Numbered from the stretch's first letter, positions 13,322 to 26,700 are shown. The stretch is 64,000 nt of DNA from Podarcis cretensis (GCA_951804945.1 OX638154.1:51584001-51648000), one strand, 5' to 3'. Program-made: numbers and translations. The notes: a model not told the origin generated them from the letters alone.

Positions 13322-14884
13322 GTAAAGCAATAAAGTCTTCTCATTTCCTGACCCGACTCCACCCCAAATCTTTCTCTACAGGAAGCAACTGTGGTATTTT
13401 GTACCTAGATTGTGGGGTTCACTTTTTCACCCAACTTCTGCTACGTTTAAAACATTGTGTGATATGAAGAAAGGTTTGGGATTTGGGTGAGAGAGTAGAT
13501 TTCAATAGTTAGGATATTTGTCCTTGTTAACTGAAGAAGCAGAGCCTTTTGAACATGCTTTCTTGTGTCCCATGAGCAAAGGAGATTTCTTATCCATGAC
13601 CCGGTAGCATATTGGATCAGAAATATATCACTCCAATTCCAATATAGGTTCCTGCTTTCAGGATAGTAAAACACATGTCACTAGTTGTTCCACTTAGACC
13701 AACAGTCTGACAAAAAACATTTTGATTCATGAATAGTTACTCAGTTGGGCCAAAGACAGAAGCTCTTAGCCAGTTTCCAAAATGTGGAAAATCTGGATTT
13801 CTAAAATGCACAGGACATTCTTGAACAGAAATCTTCCCTGCTGCAGAAATTTTCCCCATTAAATGAGAAAATTATAAGAATGAAGGTTGGGGAATGATGG
13901 GAGGTAGCCTACTCACCCAGCTGCCTCCCTCATTAATTTATGTTAACCTAATGGCAACTCTGAAGAGGGCTGCTTAAAACATTTCAGTGGCTTCATACGT
14001 TCTACAATTCTGCCTCTTTTGGTAACAGGGAAACTCTTCATATAGCCATGGTGCCAGAGCACAGTGTGGATAGGAAGTGAGGATAGTCCTTTTGAGGGAG
14101 AGAGAGAGATTGTGATTGGGATATCTGCCCCATTCTAATGAGCATACATGCCCATTAGCTGGCCTCTGATAACTACTTGTATGCAAAACTACTACCCCCT
14201 GCAAGCAATGTAACTCATGTGTGGTAGTGGTCGTGGCTCTTAAATTGATATATATCAGATTCTGCAGAAATGAGTTTATAATTAGCTCCTTGCTGACACC
14301 TGTGAGACCTCAGTCTTGCAGTAGGCTCCCCCGCATATAGAGCAGTGAGCACTAATTACACTGATAAATTTACAGTTTATATAATTTCACAGTGACCTTT
14401 AGCGTAATCTCAATATGTTTGTGCTGAAAGAAAATATCACCCTCGTTAATTTAACTTGAAAGGCACTAAGCAGGCAGCATTAGGGAAGTGCATCCATGGA
14501 TACTTGCTCTTCATACTTACTAAATCAGCATCCTCATCTAGGAGGATTGCAGATGAGCTGGGCAACCCTTAGGCACATGCTGGGCTCTCAACAACATTCA
14601 CATCATGTGCACTCGCCTGCTGCTGAGCAAGCTTCAGGGAGGAAAAACCTGAGTTTAAAAACAAAACGTGTTCAGCACTACCGTCACGTCCAAAGTTTAT
14701 TTTGTTTTTCTTCATTGTAAGCAGTGTCTCAACTGAATTTCACCAGGGATTCGGAGTCCCCAGTTGTAGAAGACACTTGAATTTCCGGGAGGAGGGTAGA
14801 AATCAATGACTAGCATATCTGCAGGCCTGAGAGAAAATTGATTAAGCTGTATGGAAGTAAATGAGGTTTATAGACTTGCATATA

Positions 14885-15243
14885 AAAAGGTAAAGGTACC
14901 CCTGCCCGTACGGGCCAGTCTTGACAGACTCTGGGGTTGTGCGCCCATCTCACTTAAGAGGCCAGGGGCCAGCGCTGTCCGGAGACACTTCCGGGTCACG
15001 TGGCCAGCGTGACATCGCTGCTCTGGCGAGCCAGAGCCGCACACGGAAACGCCGTTTACCTTCCCACTGGTAAGCGGTCCCTATTTATCTACTTGCACCC
15101 GGAGGTGCTTTCGAACTGCTAGGTTGGCAGGCGCTGGGACCGAGCAGCGGGAGCGCACCCCGCCGCAGGGATTCGAACCGCCGACCTTTCGATCGGCAAG
15201 CCCTAGGCGCTGAGGCTTTAACCCAGAGCGCCACCTGCGTCCC
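14885..15243 (-). mobile_element. Full-length Sauria-type SINE (young)
   Basis: GGGACGCAGGTGGCGCT head with A/B boxes on the minus strand, (ACCTTT) tail, CpGs retained, and a 16-bp TSD TATAGACTTGCATATA at 14869-14884 and 15244-15259. Confidence 0.92.
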
Positions 15244-15989
15244 TATAGACTTGCATATAGTGAGCTCAAAAAAGAGGTTTAAGGTCTTTATTGGTAGGAA
15301 CATTGGAAGAGCTCACAAAGCAACATTAGTATATGCCGCTGATCCAAATTGCCTCTACTCAATGAAGCTTCCTTTCCAGCAAGTGTGTAGAGGACTATTG
15401 TAACAAAGTATTTCATTTTCATAATCAAAAGAGGGAACTTTATAAGTCTGCAGTTCATAGGGTTCTGAAACTGCATAGAACAGATAATGACCCAATTCAC
15501 ATGTAGCACTAAGCCAAACAGAAGCTTGGCATGGAGGAGTCAAATCTCAAACTCATGTACAGATGTAATGCTAAGCTAAATCGTGGTTAATGCCTGGGCC
15601 ATTTAGCAGCATCAGGGGAGGAATGCTGCATTGCAGTCTTCATTCTGGGAACCTGCATGTTTGCTTTCTCATGCCAAGTTATGGTTTGGCTTTGCACGGC
15701 ATGTGAACTGGGCCGTTCTATTGGTCAGCTGCTGAAGACTTGGGCCCTTCCAAACACTCTCTATTTCTGTGTGATATTTTCCCAGTATTCAGACTGCAGC
15801 ATATCTCTGAACAAATGTAGTTGTTTTCCCACCAGAATCTATAAGATGTACTGTGCCATGTCGAATGGGATTGTCTGAGTGTCATGACCACCAGTTGGAT
15901 AGGCCCTGTGACACCTCTGGTCTGAGAAGCTGAGGCAAATAGTGTTGAAAGGAGTTGGATTTCTAGGCCCTATTGACAAATTAAAAAAT

Positions 15990-17890
15990 GACAAGTCCCT
16001 GTGTCTGGGTGGCATCCACATGACAGTTCTTAAATAATTCAAAATATCTAACTTCTCCCTAAGATTAGACTGCATATCTGAGAAATTGAAAGCGGCCAAT
16101 GTAACACCAATTTTTAAACAGCGATTGGGGCGGGAGGAGGAATCCAGGAAGTTACAAGTCCATTAGTTTGTTCTGGGAAAGCATTCTTAAAAAATAGAAT
16201 TAGCAAGCATATTGAAGAGCAAGTATTGCTGCTGAAGAACCACCATAGCTTTTCCAAGAGTAAGTCCTGTCTCGGTGTCTCAATAACCTTTTAGCATGTA
16301 AATAGAGGTGATCCAGTAGACATTGTGTACTCCAGCTTTCAAAAAGCCTTTGACAGAGTACCACACCAAAGACTCCTGAGTAAGCTCAGCAGGCATGGAA
16401 TAAGAGCAAAGGTCTCTTATGGATCAGGAACTGTTTCAGAAACAGGGAACAGAAAGTTAGAATGGAGATCCCTTCCAATGGAGGAATGTTGGAAGTAGAA
16501 TTTCTCAAGGATTGATGTTGGGGTCTTCTCCCTTTGACTTGCACAGAGTTAAGAGGGTGAGTTGTGAGGTGGCAAAGTTTGTTAATGATACCAAATCGTT
16601 CAGTGTGTTTAAAACAAAAAAAGGATTGTAAGGTGCTCCAGAAGGATCTCTCCAAATTGGGTGAGTGTGCATAAAATGGCAAATAGAATTCAATGTAAGG
16701 AAGTGTTAAGTGATGCACACTGAGGCAAAAAAAATCGTGAATTGGTGGTGACTCACTAGAAATGAGATTTTGGGGTCACAGCGGATAACTTGATGAAGTT
16801 GTTGACCCAGTGAGCAGCAACTGTGAAAAGTGCAGATTCCATGCTAGGGATCATTAGGAAAGGAATTTAAAATAAAACTGCTGATATCATAATGCTGTTA
16901 TACAAATCTATGGTGCAACTGCATTTGGAATACTGTGTACGCTTGTGGTTGACTCTCCTCAAAAAGGATATTGTGGAGTTCAAAAAGGTTCAGAAAGGGA
17001 AAGCCAAAATGATCAAGAGGTTTCAGCAACTCCCCCATGAGAAGTTTACAATACAAGTTGAGTGACAGGGACATGGTAGAGGTGTGTAAGATTATTCATA
17101 GTGTGGAGAAATTTGATAGGGAGACATTCTTCTCCCACTTTCATAATAATTTGGGCCCATCCAATGAAGCTAAATGTTGGAGGATTCAGGACAGACATAT
17201 AAAAGAAAGTACTTCTTCACACAGGTATATAATCAGCTGAAATAAAATTAACTAATTTATTATTAACTATGGCTATTTGCAGTTTAGTAGTGCTGCAGAG
17301 AGCTTGCTGGGGAGACCATGCATTAAAAGGGGACTCAAAAATAACTTAAACAAGGTTTTAATAACAAAAACAAAAACTCCTTATACACTAAATACATCAA
17401 CAACAAACCAGACCCAACGACCAACCCATCCCCCAGGGTAATGAGGGAGCTAGGTGCTGCTCCTTATATACTATGCCCAAATGCTGACACAGCTTAATTA
17501 ACACAACCTAGTAGCACCTGCTATGTTTCACAGCTGTAAGACTGGGTCTCGTTATTTGCCTTGGCCCTGGCCCTTAAAGACATACACAACTTGTGAAGCA
17601 ATAATGAACCTTCACATTTTAAAGTGACCATTCAACAATCTACACCACCAAAATGTAGTTGTAGTTACCACTGTGAGTGGCTTTAAAAAGAGGATTAGGA
17701 ATAAATTTATCAGTGGCTACTAGTGCCTTGATGTCTATGTACTATCTCTGCTGTCAGAGGCAGTATTGAGGTTACTGGGAATCATCAGTGAAAAGGGTGC
17801 TGTTGCTCTCAGGTCTTGCTTCTGAACTTCCAATAGGCATCTGTTTGGCCACTGTAGACAGTTTCTGAGCCAGCAGGGTTCTTCTAATGT
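15990..17890 (+). mobile_element. Degenerate CR1 LINE (RT region and 3' UTR), interrupted at about 17240-17640
   Basis: Decayed RT motifs ANVTPIFK (about 16095), VDIVY..FQKAFDRVPHQRLLSKL (about 16316) and HLEYCV (about 16922). The 3' UTR resembles 58790-59050. Many stops and frameshifts. Confidence 0.85.
17260..17590 (-). mobile_element. Insertion nested in the CR1, possibly a solo LTR (boundaries approximate)
   Basis: The sequence is absent from the second CR1 copy (58500-59050). On the minus strand a TATATAAG (about 17462-17469) lies upstream of ATTAAA (about 17357-17362), as in an LTR. No TSD recognised. Confidence 0.35.
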
Positions 17891-19830
17891 ATGCCACTTA
17901 CCCCTATAAGCATGCCTTAAAGCGACTCACAGCAAAACAGCAAAAACATATGAATACGTCACTACACTAAATAGTCCAAAACCAATTCATTACAAAATAT
18001 AACAAAATTTGAATAAACAATTCATTTCGATAAAACAAACTTTTTAATGTTTATATAAAATAGACAATATGTCATTAAATCTTATCAGTTGATATTATTT
18101 ATATTAAATAGGTAAGCCAAAGCCAGATATGAGAAAGGCTTCCAGTATAATCATGCATTAACAAATAATATAACCAGTGCTATGTGCAATAAATGGCAAG
18201 CATATTTTATAGAACCTGCAGCAGATAGTCTCTCACATGCCCCACTCTCATATTCTGATTAACTTTCTTACTTATTAAAAAAGAAAACAAGTATTTAAAG
18301 GTTATAGTCATATTTCCTACATTTACTGTACTGTGGAAGAAAACTAATGCCAAGTCTAGACAGTGGCTTGCAGCTCCTCCTCGCTATTGATTGTACCGAG
18401 GCTGGACAGGGCAATTTGTGTGCTTTTCCTCCAGGTGCAACTAAAATGGCATCCCAAAATGAAGTAAATAGTAATAAATGTTTGATCATAAAAACTAAAC
18501 TGTGCCTTTACATGATACAATCTAAGAGAGGCAGTTGACTTACTTGTGTAAGATTCAGGTTGTGACATTCAATCTGAGTTTGTTTAAAGATGAACAAGAT
18601 TAAAAAGCAGTCAAAATGTGTTAGGTTTTTACCTCAAGTGTTTAGGACATTGCTTTCAAAATGGAACATAGCCATAGAATGATTATGTTAGAGGCCTAGT
18701 TTCCCACTTCATCACTTGCTCCCCAAGCAAAGGAAGACAGATCTGCAACATACGAGGTTTGGCAACACAGTTCCTCTAATGCTCCTGGCTGATGAGTGAT
18801 GTAAAGATTTGCTGTTGTTAATTGTTTTTCTTTCTATCACACCCCTCCTGCACTTGCTGCTCAAGGTACTATTAAATAAAATAATGTTGTAAAATAAAGT
18901 AAGGGCATATTAAACATTGACTTATGTAGAGTGGAGGAAGGCATGGCAGTGAAGATGTAGGCTAAGGAGACGCATTTACACTTTGCTGAAAAATTTGTGT
19001 AAAAATGAGAGGAAGTACACAAGCCAAAGCTGAAATGGGAGGCGAGATTGTATCATTGGCAAGGTTATGATTAAAAGATACTCCTACAGTACCAGATCAA
19101 GAAAGTGGCCATCAAAGTTGCTCTTGCTGCTTGGGCCAGGCATTAATAGAAAATGTGGCTGGTCATAAATTAAAAGTAGGAATGAAATGGATTTAGTGTG
19201 GGCATGGTCATTCATTCATTAAATGTATTTATGTGACTGCCATTCTGCCAAGGCACCCAAAATGGTTTATAATTTTGAAATACTAAAGCAACCAAATACT
19301 ACAAAATTTTGAACAACAGAATTCTCTCAGTAAAGCCAACCCTGGGAATGTTACTAGGAGGCATTGTAGGATGGAAGGCATTTTATACACATTGGTGGGA
19401 TCTGCATTACTTAACACCCAGAGCATCCAGTATAAGGAACAGCAGAAGTGTGGAAAGGTTTTAGAATTAGGGTGGCTTGGGCTGCAGTCCTAACTTTCCT
19501 GGAAGAAAGCCCCATTGACTCTAGTCAGACTTACTTTTGAGTAGACATGGTTAGGATTGAGATTTTACTCAGAGTAGCACTCGCATACCAACATTCTTTT
19601 CAAATATTATTGGCCTAGTTACCTCGTTGGGAAAGTCAGATCCTCAGGTCTGCTATATCTGTAGTTCTACATTCAAGGCTATGCAAAGTGCCATATACCT
19701 CAAATTGGTTTGGATTTGGTTTAAATGGTCATTCAGACCTGAATGTTTCTAATGTAGATTATCAATGATATGGACAAGCCTTTTGGTCACATTCAAAGCT
19801 CCTTTGTGCTAGAAAGTGAGCAAATGAAGA

Positions 19831-19877
19831 TCATAGAATCATAGAATCATAGAGTTGGAAGAGACCACGAGGGCCAG
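19831..19877 (-). mobile_element. Extreme 3' tail of a CR1 element, (ATTCTATG)n
   Basis: tcatagaatcatagaatcatagagttggaagagaccacgagggcca is the reverse complement of the CR1 octamer tail. Confidence 0.7.
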
Positions 19878-22106
19878 ATGTCATTCCTTAACTATAATTT
19901 CCTATTTTCATCCAAACCAGGAAATTTTGGTTAACATCTTCAGAACAAACCAAGATATTAAACAGTTTTTCAAAGTTTAATTAACTGGTAACCATGGTTT
20001 CCTAGTTCAGATGAAATGGGAAACTATCGTTAATGGAAGACATCATGGTTTGTTTTGCTTGAAGTGAGGAATGAAAGGACTGTATGCACAGCCAAATTCC
20101 TGCTCTTGTCTCTGCTTACTAAGGGTGCTTCCAGACAGAAGTTTATTTTTGGAATTGCTGCTGAACCATGCAATTTTTTTCTTGCAGTGTCCACATGAAG
20201 TTGTTGTCACCAAAATGCCAAGCTCTATATCTATATATATATATAGATATATTACATTTAATTTCCATACCCCTTACTGCGAAAAATAGATAAATAAAAA
20301 TAACTTGTTATAAACCTAAAGTCACTGTGAGAGTGGAAGCCAGTTAGTGCATTAGCACTTTTTTGTGTGGTGATGGTGGCAGTTTGTCACATGTGGTGAC
20401 ATTTCAGTGGGTGGCCCCTAATGTGACAGTCTGCACACAGGTACAGAAATACCTGCATACATGCACAGAGCAGAAGGCAATGGAGGGTGGTGGTGGAGTG
20501 TTGGACAGGAGGGACAACAAAACCATCTTCATATACACTCTGTTGAGGTCCTCTAATGTGGACAGCAACTGCAGAATAGCAATGATATCCATGACTGGGA
20601 GAGAGGTGGGGAACAGAAATATGTGGAAGCTAACATGCCAAATGTACACACTGAAATATCTGATCTGAGCATTATGTTTGCAATATAAGCCCCGTCCTGG
20701 AAGCACCCTAAGGCAGCACAATAATAAGTGTCATTAATTATTTAGGTTGGGTGGATGTCTTATAAGAACACTAGAAGCTGCATGCAGAGTCAGTCCATTG
20801 GTGCATCTAGCTGGATATAGTCTAAAATGACGAGCAGTTGGTCTCCAGGTTTCAAGCAGGAGTCTGGAGATGCCAAGAATTGGATAAACTGGCAGCTTCT
20901 GCATTCTTGCTCATGCTGAAAACATACTGCATTAGAATTAAAACTTAGGATGTTGTCCAAATTTTTATTTTGTAGCATATGACTTACATCTTCATTTGGT
21001 GATCCTGACCACTATCATGGGAGTTCTGAATAATTTTTATTTTATGTCTTTTATTGCCATATTCTCTAACATATATTAGTGCATACTAAACCTCCAAAGA
21101 GATCTTGTTTCATTGCTTCAGAGTCACTATACAGCTTTGGTAAGGGCTATCTTACACTAAGATCTGGAGACTGGGTTTTAATAACATACCAGCTAAACTT
21201 TAGGGAATCCATTTTGAGTGTGCGTTGGGATTCCTTAGCTTTGCATCCATACAGAATTTTCAGTGACTAGGTGGATACAGAACAGCTCCAGATGATCTGT
21301 TTGGCAGCAACATAAAACAGAAGCTGCTTCAGTTAGCCAGGAATCATTTCTGGACTCTGTTGTAAGAGATGCTTCTTGTCTCTTAGAGTGGGGGAAGGGG
21401 ATGTAGACTCTTTATTTACAGTGATAATTTGGAGATGGTGCAGGGGCAAGTAAGCACTCAGCAAATTTTTCTTTGGGGCATGAACCAATAACCCTCTTCT
21501 TCCTGTCAGTACAGCTTGTGAGCCATGCAAGCTTCCATGATGAGAATGGTTCTGTCAAGGGGGGTGGAATGGTAGTTAGAAAAGCAGATAAATAGGCAGC
21601 AGATTTATTATGGTAGAGATTACCTGCAACTTCAGCAAACGGCATTAGCCTTCCTGATGCTTCACTCATCTGTGGACAAAAGCATCAGCAAGTATAAACC
21701 AGCCATAAAGCGAAAATGGAGTAATGTCATCTCGGCTGTGGAGAATGCTAAACGAAGCAGCTGGAACTGCTTCCTCTGATTAAAAGCTAGGGCTACTGCC
21801 TGAAGGAACATACACTAGGAGAGTGGGAGGGAAAGCAATAACAAGTGTAAATATTTTAATTACTCTTTAAGAGGCAAGTTAAACATGCTTAAAATCTGCC
21901 TTCTTTGTATTTACAGAAATCTTTGAGTGTCTTTCTTTGTTTCCCATTGGGTGATCAGTGCTGTGGATAATGGAATGTGGGGAGCGGTTAATCTCAGATA
22001 CACAGCACTCATATGCTTACTGGTATTTATTGATCAATACACGGAACATGATTTGACGCTCTGTGTCCTGTTTAACCCTCTCTTTCTATCTGTTTAAACT
22101 CCCCAG

Positions 22107-22115
22107 TTTTCTTTG
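22107..22115 (+). CDS. PTPRF: Candidate 9-nt microexon meA3 (V-F-F) in Ig2
   Basis: tttaaccctctctttctatctgtttaaactccccag|TTTTCTTTG|gtaagt. It is 9 nt, phase 1/1, has a consensus donor and lies just upstream of meA6, where PTPRD/PTPRS carry a 9-nt exon. TGCATG (22191) and TACTAAC (22211) follow. Confidence 0.65.
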
Positions 22116-23173
22116 GTAAGTGCTTGGTGTTCAGATGTGCAAAATCTGCATCAAACCAACACATACCATGAACTGCCTACAAATTAGATCTGCATGAATC
22201 TCCCTCACCTTACTAACAGCCTTCATTTGCACAAAATAAGACCAAGGGGACAAAACTGGGGATCAGAGGAGTTTGCTGTCAGTTTACATACACAGGTCTC
22301 CCTCTGCACATCTGGACCATGCTAACAATAAAACCCATGACTGAGCAAACTGCACTTTTGCTTGACGTTTTGGAGCAGTTAGCTTTGTAACCAAGCCTTC
22401 CTTATAAGATGCACTCATAGCATGTGAACTTATTTTCTGCTCCCTTATAAGGAGGGTTGGAATCCCTTTCCTCTGCCTACTGTATAAATTATGCAGAGCG
22501 AGTCTGGTGATCCATTGGTCCAAATAAAAACTAGAAGAAAGTGCTTTAGATTTTTATTTGAAAAATCTGTTGTGTAGAATTTCTGGCCAGGGGGAACCTG
22601 GTGTAGGTTTTATTAAAGTTACCCCTGAATTCATCACTCAGTTTTCAAGTTTCAATTACATAATCAGATTTTGTCCCCAACGGTCCATGTAATCTTAAAC
22701 CAAGAATGTGTGTCTCACCAACACCATATGCTTAATTTTTCTCCCCACACACACTCTCTCACAACACTCACTCTGGTACTCCCACAGCCCCATCGTCTGG
22801 CAGAATAAAAGGGCGCAGCACCCATATCCCAGTGGCTTCTCCATCTCAGTTGTGACAATGAATGCTAGTGGTTTTGCTTAGGAGTCAGAGCCCTCCTTTG
22901 TGTAGGACCAGCAATATATTAATTGGGTAAAATGGGGCCAGACTCTGTGTTCTTGGTAGCAGAGAGCTTTACTAACCACCTGAGGGCATCACTCTGACTT
23001 GTTACTGCACATCCTTTATTTATTTTTATTTATTTATTTTTGTTTGTTCCTGTTGCGCTAATACAGATTCTAGCTTTGAAAAACTTTCTACTTTTTTAGT
23101 TATAATTTTCTTCCTTTCCTCTTTGTACTAACGCTTTTCTCTAATCTTATTTGCATTCAAATTACCTCACCAG

Positions 23174-23191
23174 GTGGTACACCAATCAGAG
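23174..23191 (+). CDS. PTPRF: 18-nt microexon meA6 (GGTPIR) in Ig2
   Basis: tactaac...ttgcattcaaattacctcaccag|GTGGTACACCAATCAGAG|gtaaga. In phase 1 it encodes G-G-T-P-I-R, the known LAR-RPTP meA6 peptide. Confidence 0.93.
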
Positions 23192-23739
23192 GTAAGAATG
23201 CTGAACTGTGCCTCTAATTGTCATGTCACTCCATATCCTTTCTGCCATGCCCGTCTCCAACAGTATATCATCTCCAGCTATTCTTTCACTCCAAACTCTT
23301 GTCAGCTCACTTGCACATCTGCCGTTCCTTCCTGTGTGTGCTTGTTTTTGTTTATTTTTAGTGTGGCGCCTTGTAGAATCATCCATCGCAGGTGTGCACA
23401 GGTCAAAGGGGGTTATTCAACGGGAGGTTTTCAGAGGGAGAACGCTATCCCCATTCATGCCACAGAGGGCTCTGAGGTCTTGAATCTTTCAGATTCAGTC
23501 ACCCTCTGGGGCACCACGTCCTGGCAGGTCTGAAATAGCTGCTGTGGCGTGTTTTGAAGGATGTAACACTTTCACAAGAGAACAGTGAAGCCCTTCCTTC
23601 TGCATTATTGCTGACAGGAATTGAACTAATACAAAGGAAATAAATTCTTAAAATGCCAGGCAAATCTAACTTGAGGAATAAGACTGGAGGACTTCCTTTG
23701 AGAGCTGAAGGTGCACCTTTTCATAAATTTAATAAATAA

Positions 23740-23740
<1 letters not shown>

Positions 23741-23784
<44 letters not shown>
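23741..23784. repeat. (ATT)n microsatellite
   Basis: Direct reading. Confidence 0.95.
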
Positions 23785-23785
<1 letters not shown>

Positions 23786-26700
23786 TTGCTGGCCCTTCTC
23801 TGATATGAAGGTGAAGGGAGGAGATCTAAGATGCCAGCTCCACCCCTTCTGAAGCCTGACAAGGATTCATGGTGCACTGTAGCATAAAGATTTGTTGTGA
23901 GTAAATGAATCAGACACACATCTGGCTGCATTAAGTCTTCAGTTGTTCAATCCACCTCCAGTCTGACAGCTCTGCATTCCCAGACCTTGCTAGTTTCACT
24001 GCCTATATGTGCTAGTAACATTTCTAGCCTACACACTCAAAGTAGTCCCTTGAATTAATTTTAAGGTTGTAATCAGTACTATATAGTGTGACTCTGGTCT
24101 CTTGTGATTTCAGTTACTGCTGTTGACTGACCCCTGAATTTCCTGATAAACTTTTTAGCACCACAAAATTACACTATCTCATTTGTCCAATGCTCCCCTT
24201 CTTTCCTCCCCCTTCTCTCTCCACTGAATCACTGCTGGAAGTTAATAATCCAAGTCTTTGGAACTGATTCTGTTGCTGGGGGTTAATGTTTTCTTGTTAA
24301 GTGATTTTGGAGCAAATGGGGGTTGCTGTTTCAAGTATATTTGCATCAAGTTGCTTCTGTGAAAAATCTGGGTCAGGGGAAAAACTGTAAACCTCATTTT
24401 GATATGAATGGGTTTCTCTGTCATCTTCTCTCTGGAATGCTGCAAGATTGACAGCTGTGATGCCACACATTTTTAAAACCTTTTCTCTGCTTCTATCACA
24501 ACTCTGAAAGCAAAATGACAGACTGAATGCTAAGTAACCAAGCAGGCCCTATCGTTGCCCATATCAGGTTGGGCCTTGCCCAGCACACAACTGCTATGTA
24601 TTTCCTCTGTATCAACAAGCGAGGGCATTAATGACTCAGCACCAGAACCGCTTGGATGTTCCGTACATCCTTTTTGAGGAAAGTGGACATATCTTTATAA
24701 TGAGAATCATCCATCTCATAAAACATAAATCTCCCTATCTGAGTCCTAATGAGGTATTTTAAGAATGTGTCTGACATTATTTAAAATGTATGTGTCCTGT
24801 TTGAATGTCAAAGATGACATTTCTGTACGTGCCAAAAAGCCACCTCTTAGCATCTCATACAGGATTTGTGTCAGACTTACACCTTTTGTTAAACACACAG
24901 GCTATTGAGTCTCTAAAGATTACCAGATGTGGTAGGTGAAGGCACTTTTGTGAAAGGGAGGTTATACTCACATAGTGGTCTGTACTGTGGTTCTCACTAA
25001 GGTAAGTTTGTTGCACTTCTGGGATCAATTTAATGTGGAAATAAAACTAAATTATTTTTTTGTTTGCACAGCTAGTTGGATGTAAAATTTTCAGTGGTTC
25101 ATGTTGAGAGGTGGATTCTATGTGAATGCATTGAAGGGCCAATCATACTTTCTGCCTATTGAATGGAAGTGTTATGGAAGTCAGGCCGGAGAAGCAGGAT
25201 AAAATTTTATTTCTGAAACTAACCTTTCCTTTGGGCCCTGCAGCCGCAGTTCTACTCTTGCTGTCCAGAGGTGCTGTCATTTTTCTAACTGAGAGCTCTG
25301 TGTTCACAAGGCATGTTGTCACTTTTAACATTCCCCCTTTGCCTTTCAGGTGAGACCCAGGCTGAAAGGTCAGGGTGAGTTTTGATAGACTGTTCAGAGA
25401 TGCATGGGTCTAGTTGGTGACTGGCAGGTTAGACAAGAGGATGGATGAATGGATGTGTATTTTGAAGGATGGCTAGTAAGCAAAAATAAAAGCTGCTTTA
25501 GGGGAAGTGACTTGACACATGTCCCCTTTCTCAAAGTTCAAATCAAGTTTTCTATGTTGTTATAGAATGCAGTTAAATATTATGAGAAATATTTATCCTG
25601 GAAGCAGAAAATGCTGGCATGTCATGGACCTCTGATGCTTCAGATTTTGCCATTGCAGATACATGAAGTGGAAGTGTTAAAGGGAAGACAGCATTTTAAA
25701 TGGTCCTTTTCTTCACAAAATAAATTGGAATCAATTGGAAAGTGTTTGTACCCGTTGACTGGATAGACTTTCCTCCAGTGTGAGTTTCACCACTGCAAAG
25801 CAGAAGGACAATTACTTTGAAACAGAAAGATCTGATAATTGGCAGAGAAGGGCTGAGAAACTTTTTATCTAATACTTTTACTATTGCCTAAATTTCACAC
25901 TGTTTTGCCCTTAGCACCCTCTTTGGCAGCCTTGTAGTGCTGCTTCTCTTGGGATCTGCATATCTCAATCTCTCTTTTTCTGTATCTGGAGTACAAGAGG
26001 AAAGTGCATGAATGCCAGATGCATGATACACAAAAGGAAGGAGAATCAGTGATTGAGCTGTATTCCTGCATTTGCCCTTGTGTGCTGCTCAGTTTCATAG
26101 CTCTCCGTCAGTGACTGCCTCACTTGTATATATCACAGAAACCCAGCTTCATTCCAGGTCCTAGCCATGCCAATCATCATGCTCAGGAAGAAGAGGCACA
26201 GCTGAACAGGAGCATATTGAGCATCAGTAATAAAATCACTGTGGTAGTTTTGTTTTTATTTATTTAGCTTATTTGGCCGTAAAAAATAAATAAATTTGAG
26301 ATGGGGGCATTTGGCTGCCATTCCAGGTAGCACCTAGGATTATTAGAGCTGAAAATCTAAGCGGCATGTTAAGTAGAGTATTGATATATAAATCATGATC
26401 CAGAAAATTTTGTGCACCATTTTACTCTACTGACAACTGCAGAGCTGCAAGAATCCAGTGTGAGATTGTGAAAGTAGACTTTTGCCTTCCTCGTCAAATC
26501 CTCAAATTTATATAAACATAAATTTAACTGAACACAAGTGAAGCTTCTAAGTAAACATTCATAGGATTGCTCTGTTAATGAGACAGTCAACATTTTTCAT
26601 TAACTTTGCTGGCAAAGCAAGGCAGATCCTGCCAAAACCAGAACACTTCTATGTTCCATAGATTAGACCTACCTGCAGAAATGTAAGGTGAGAAGGTATC

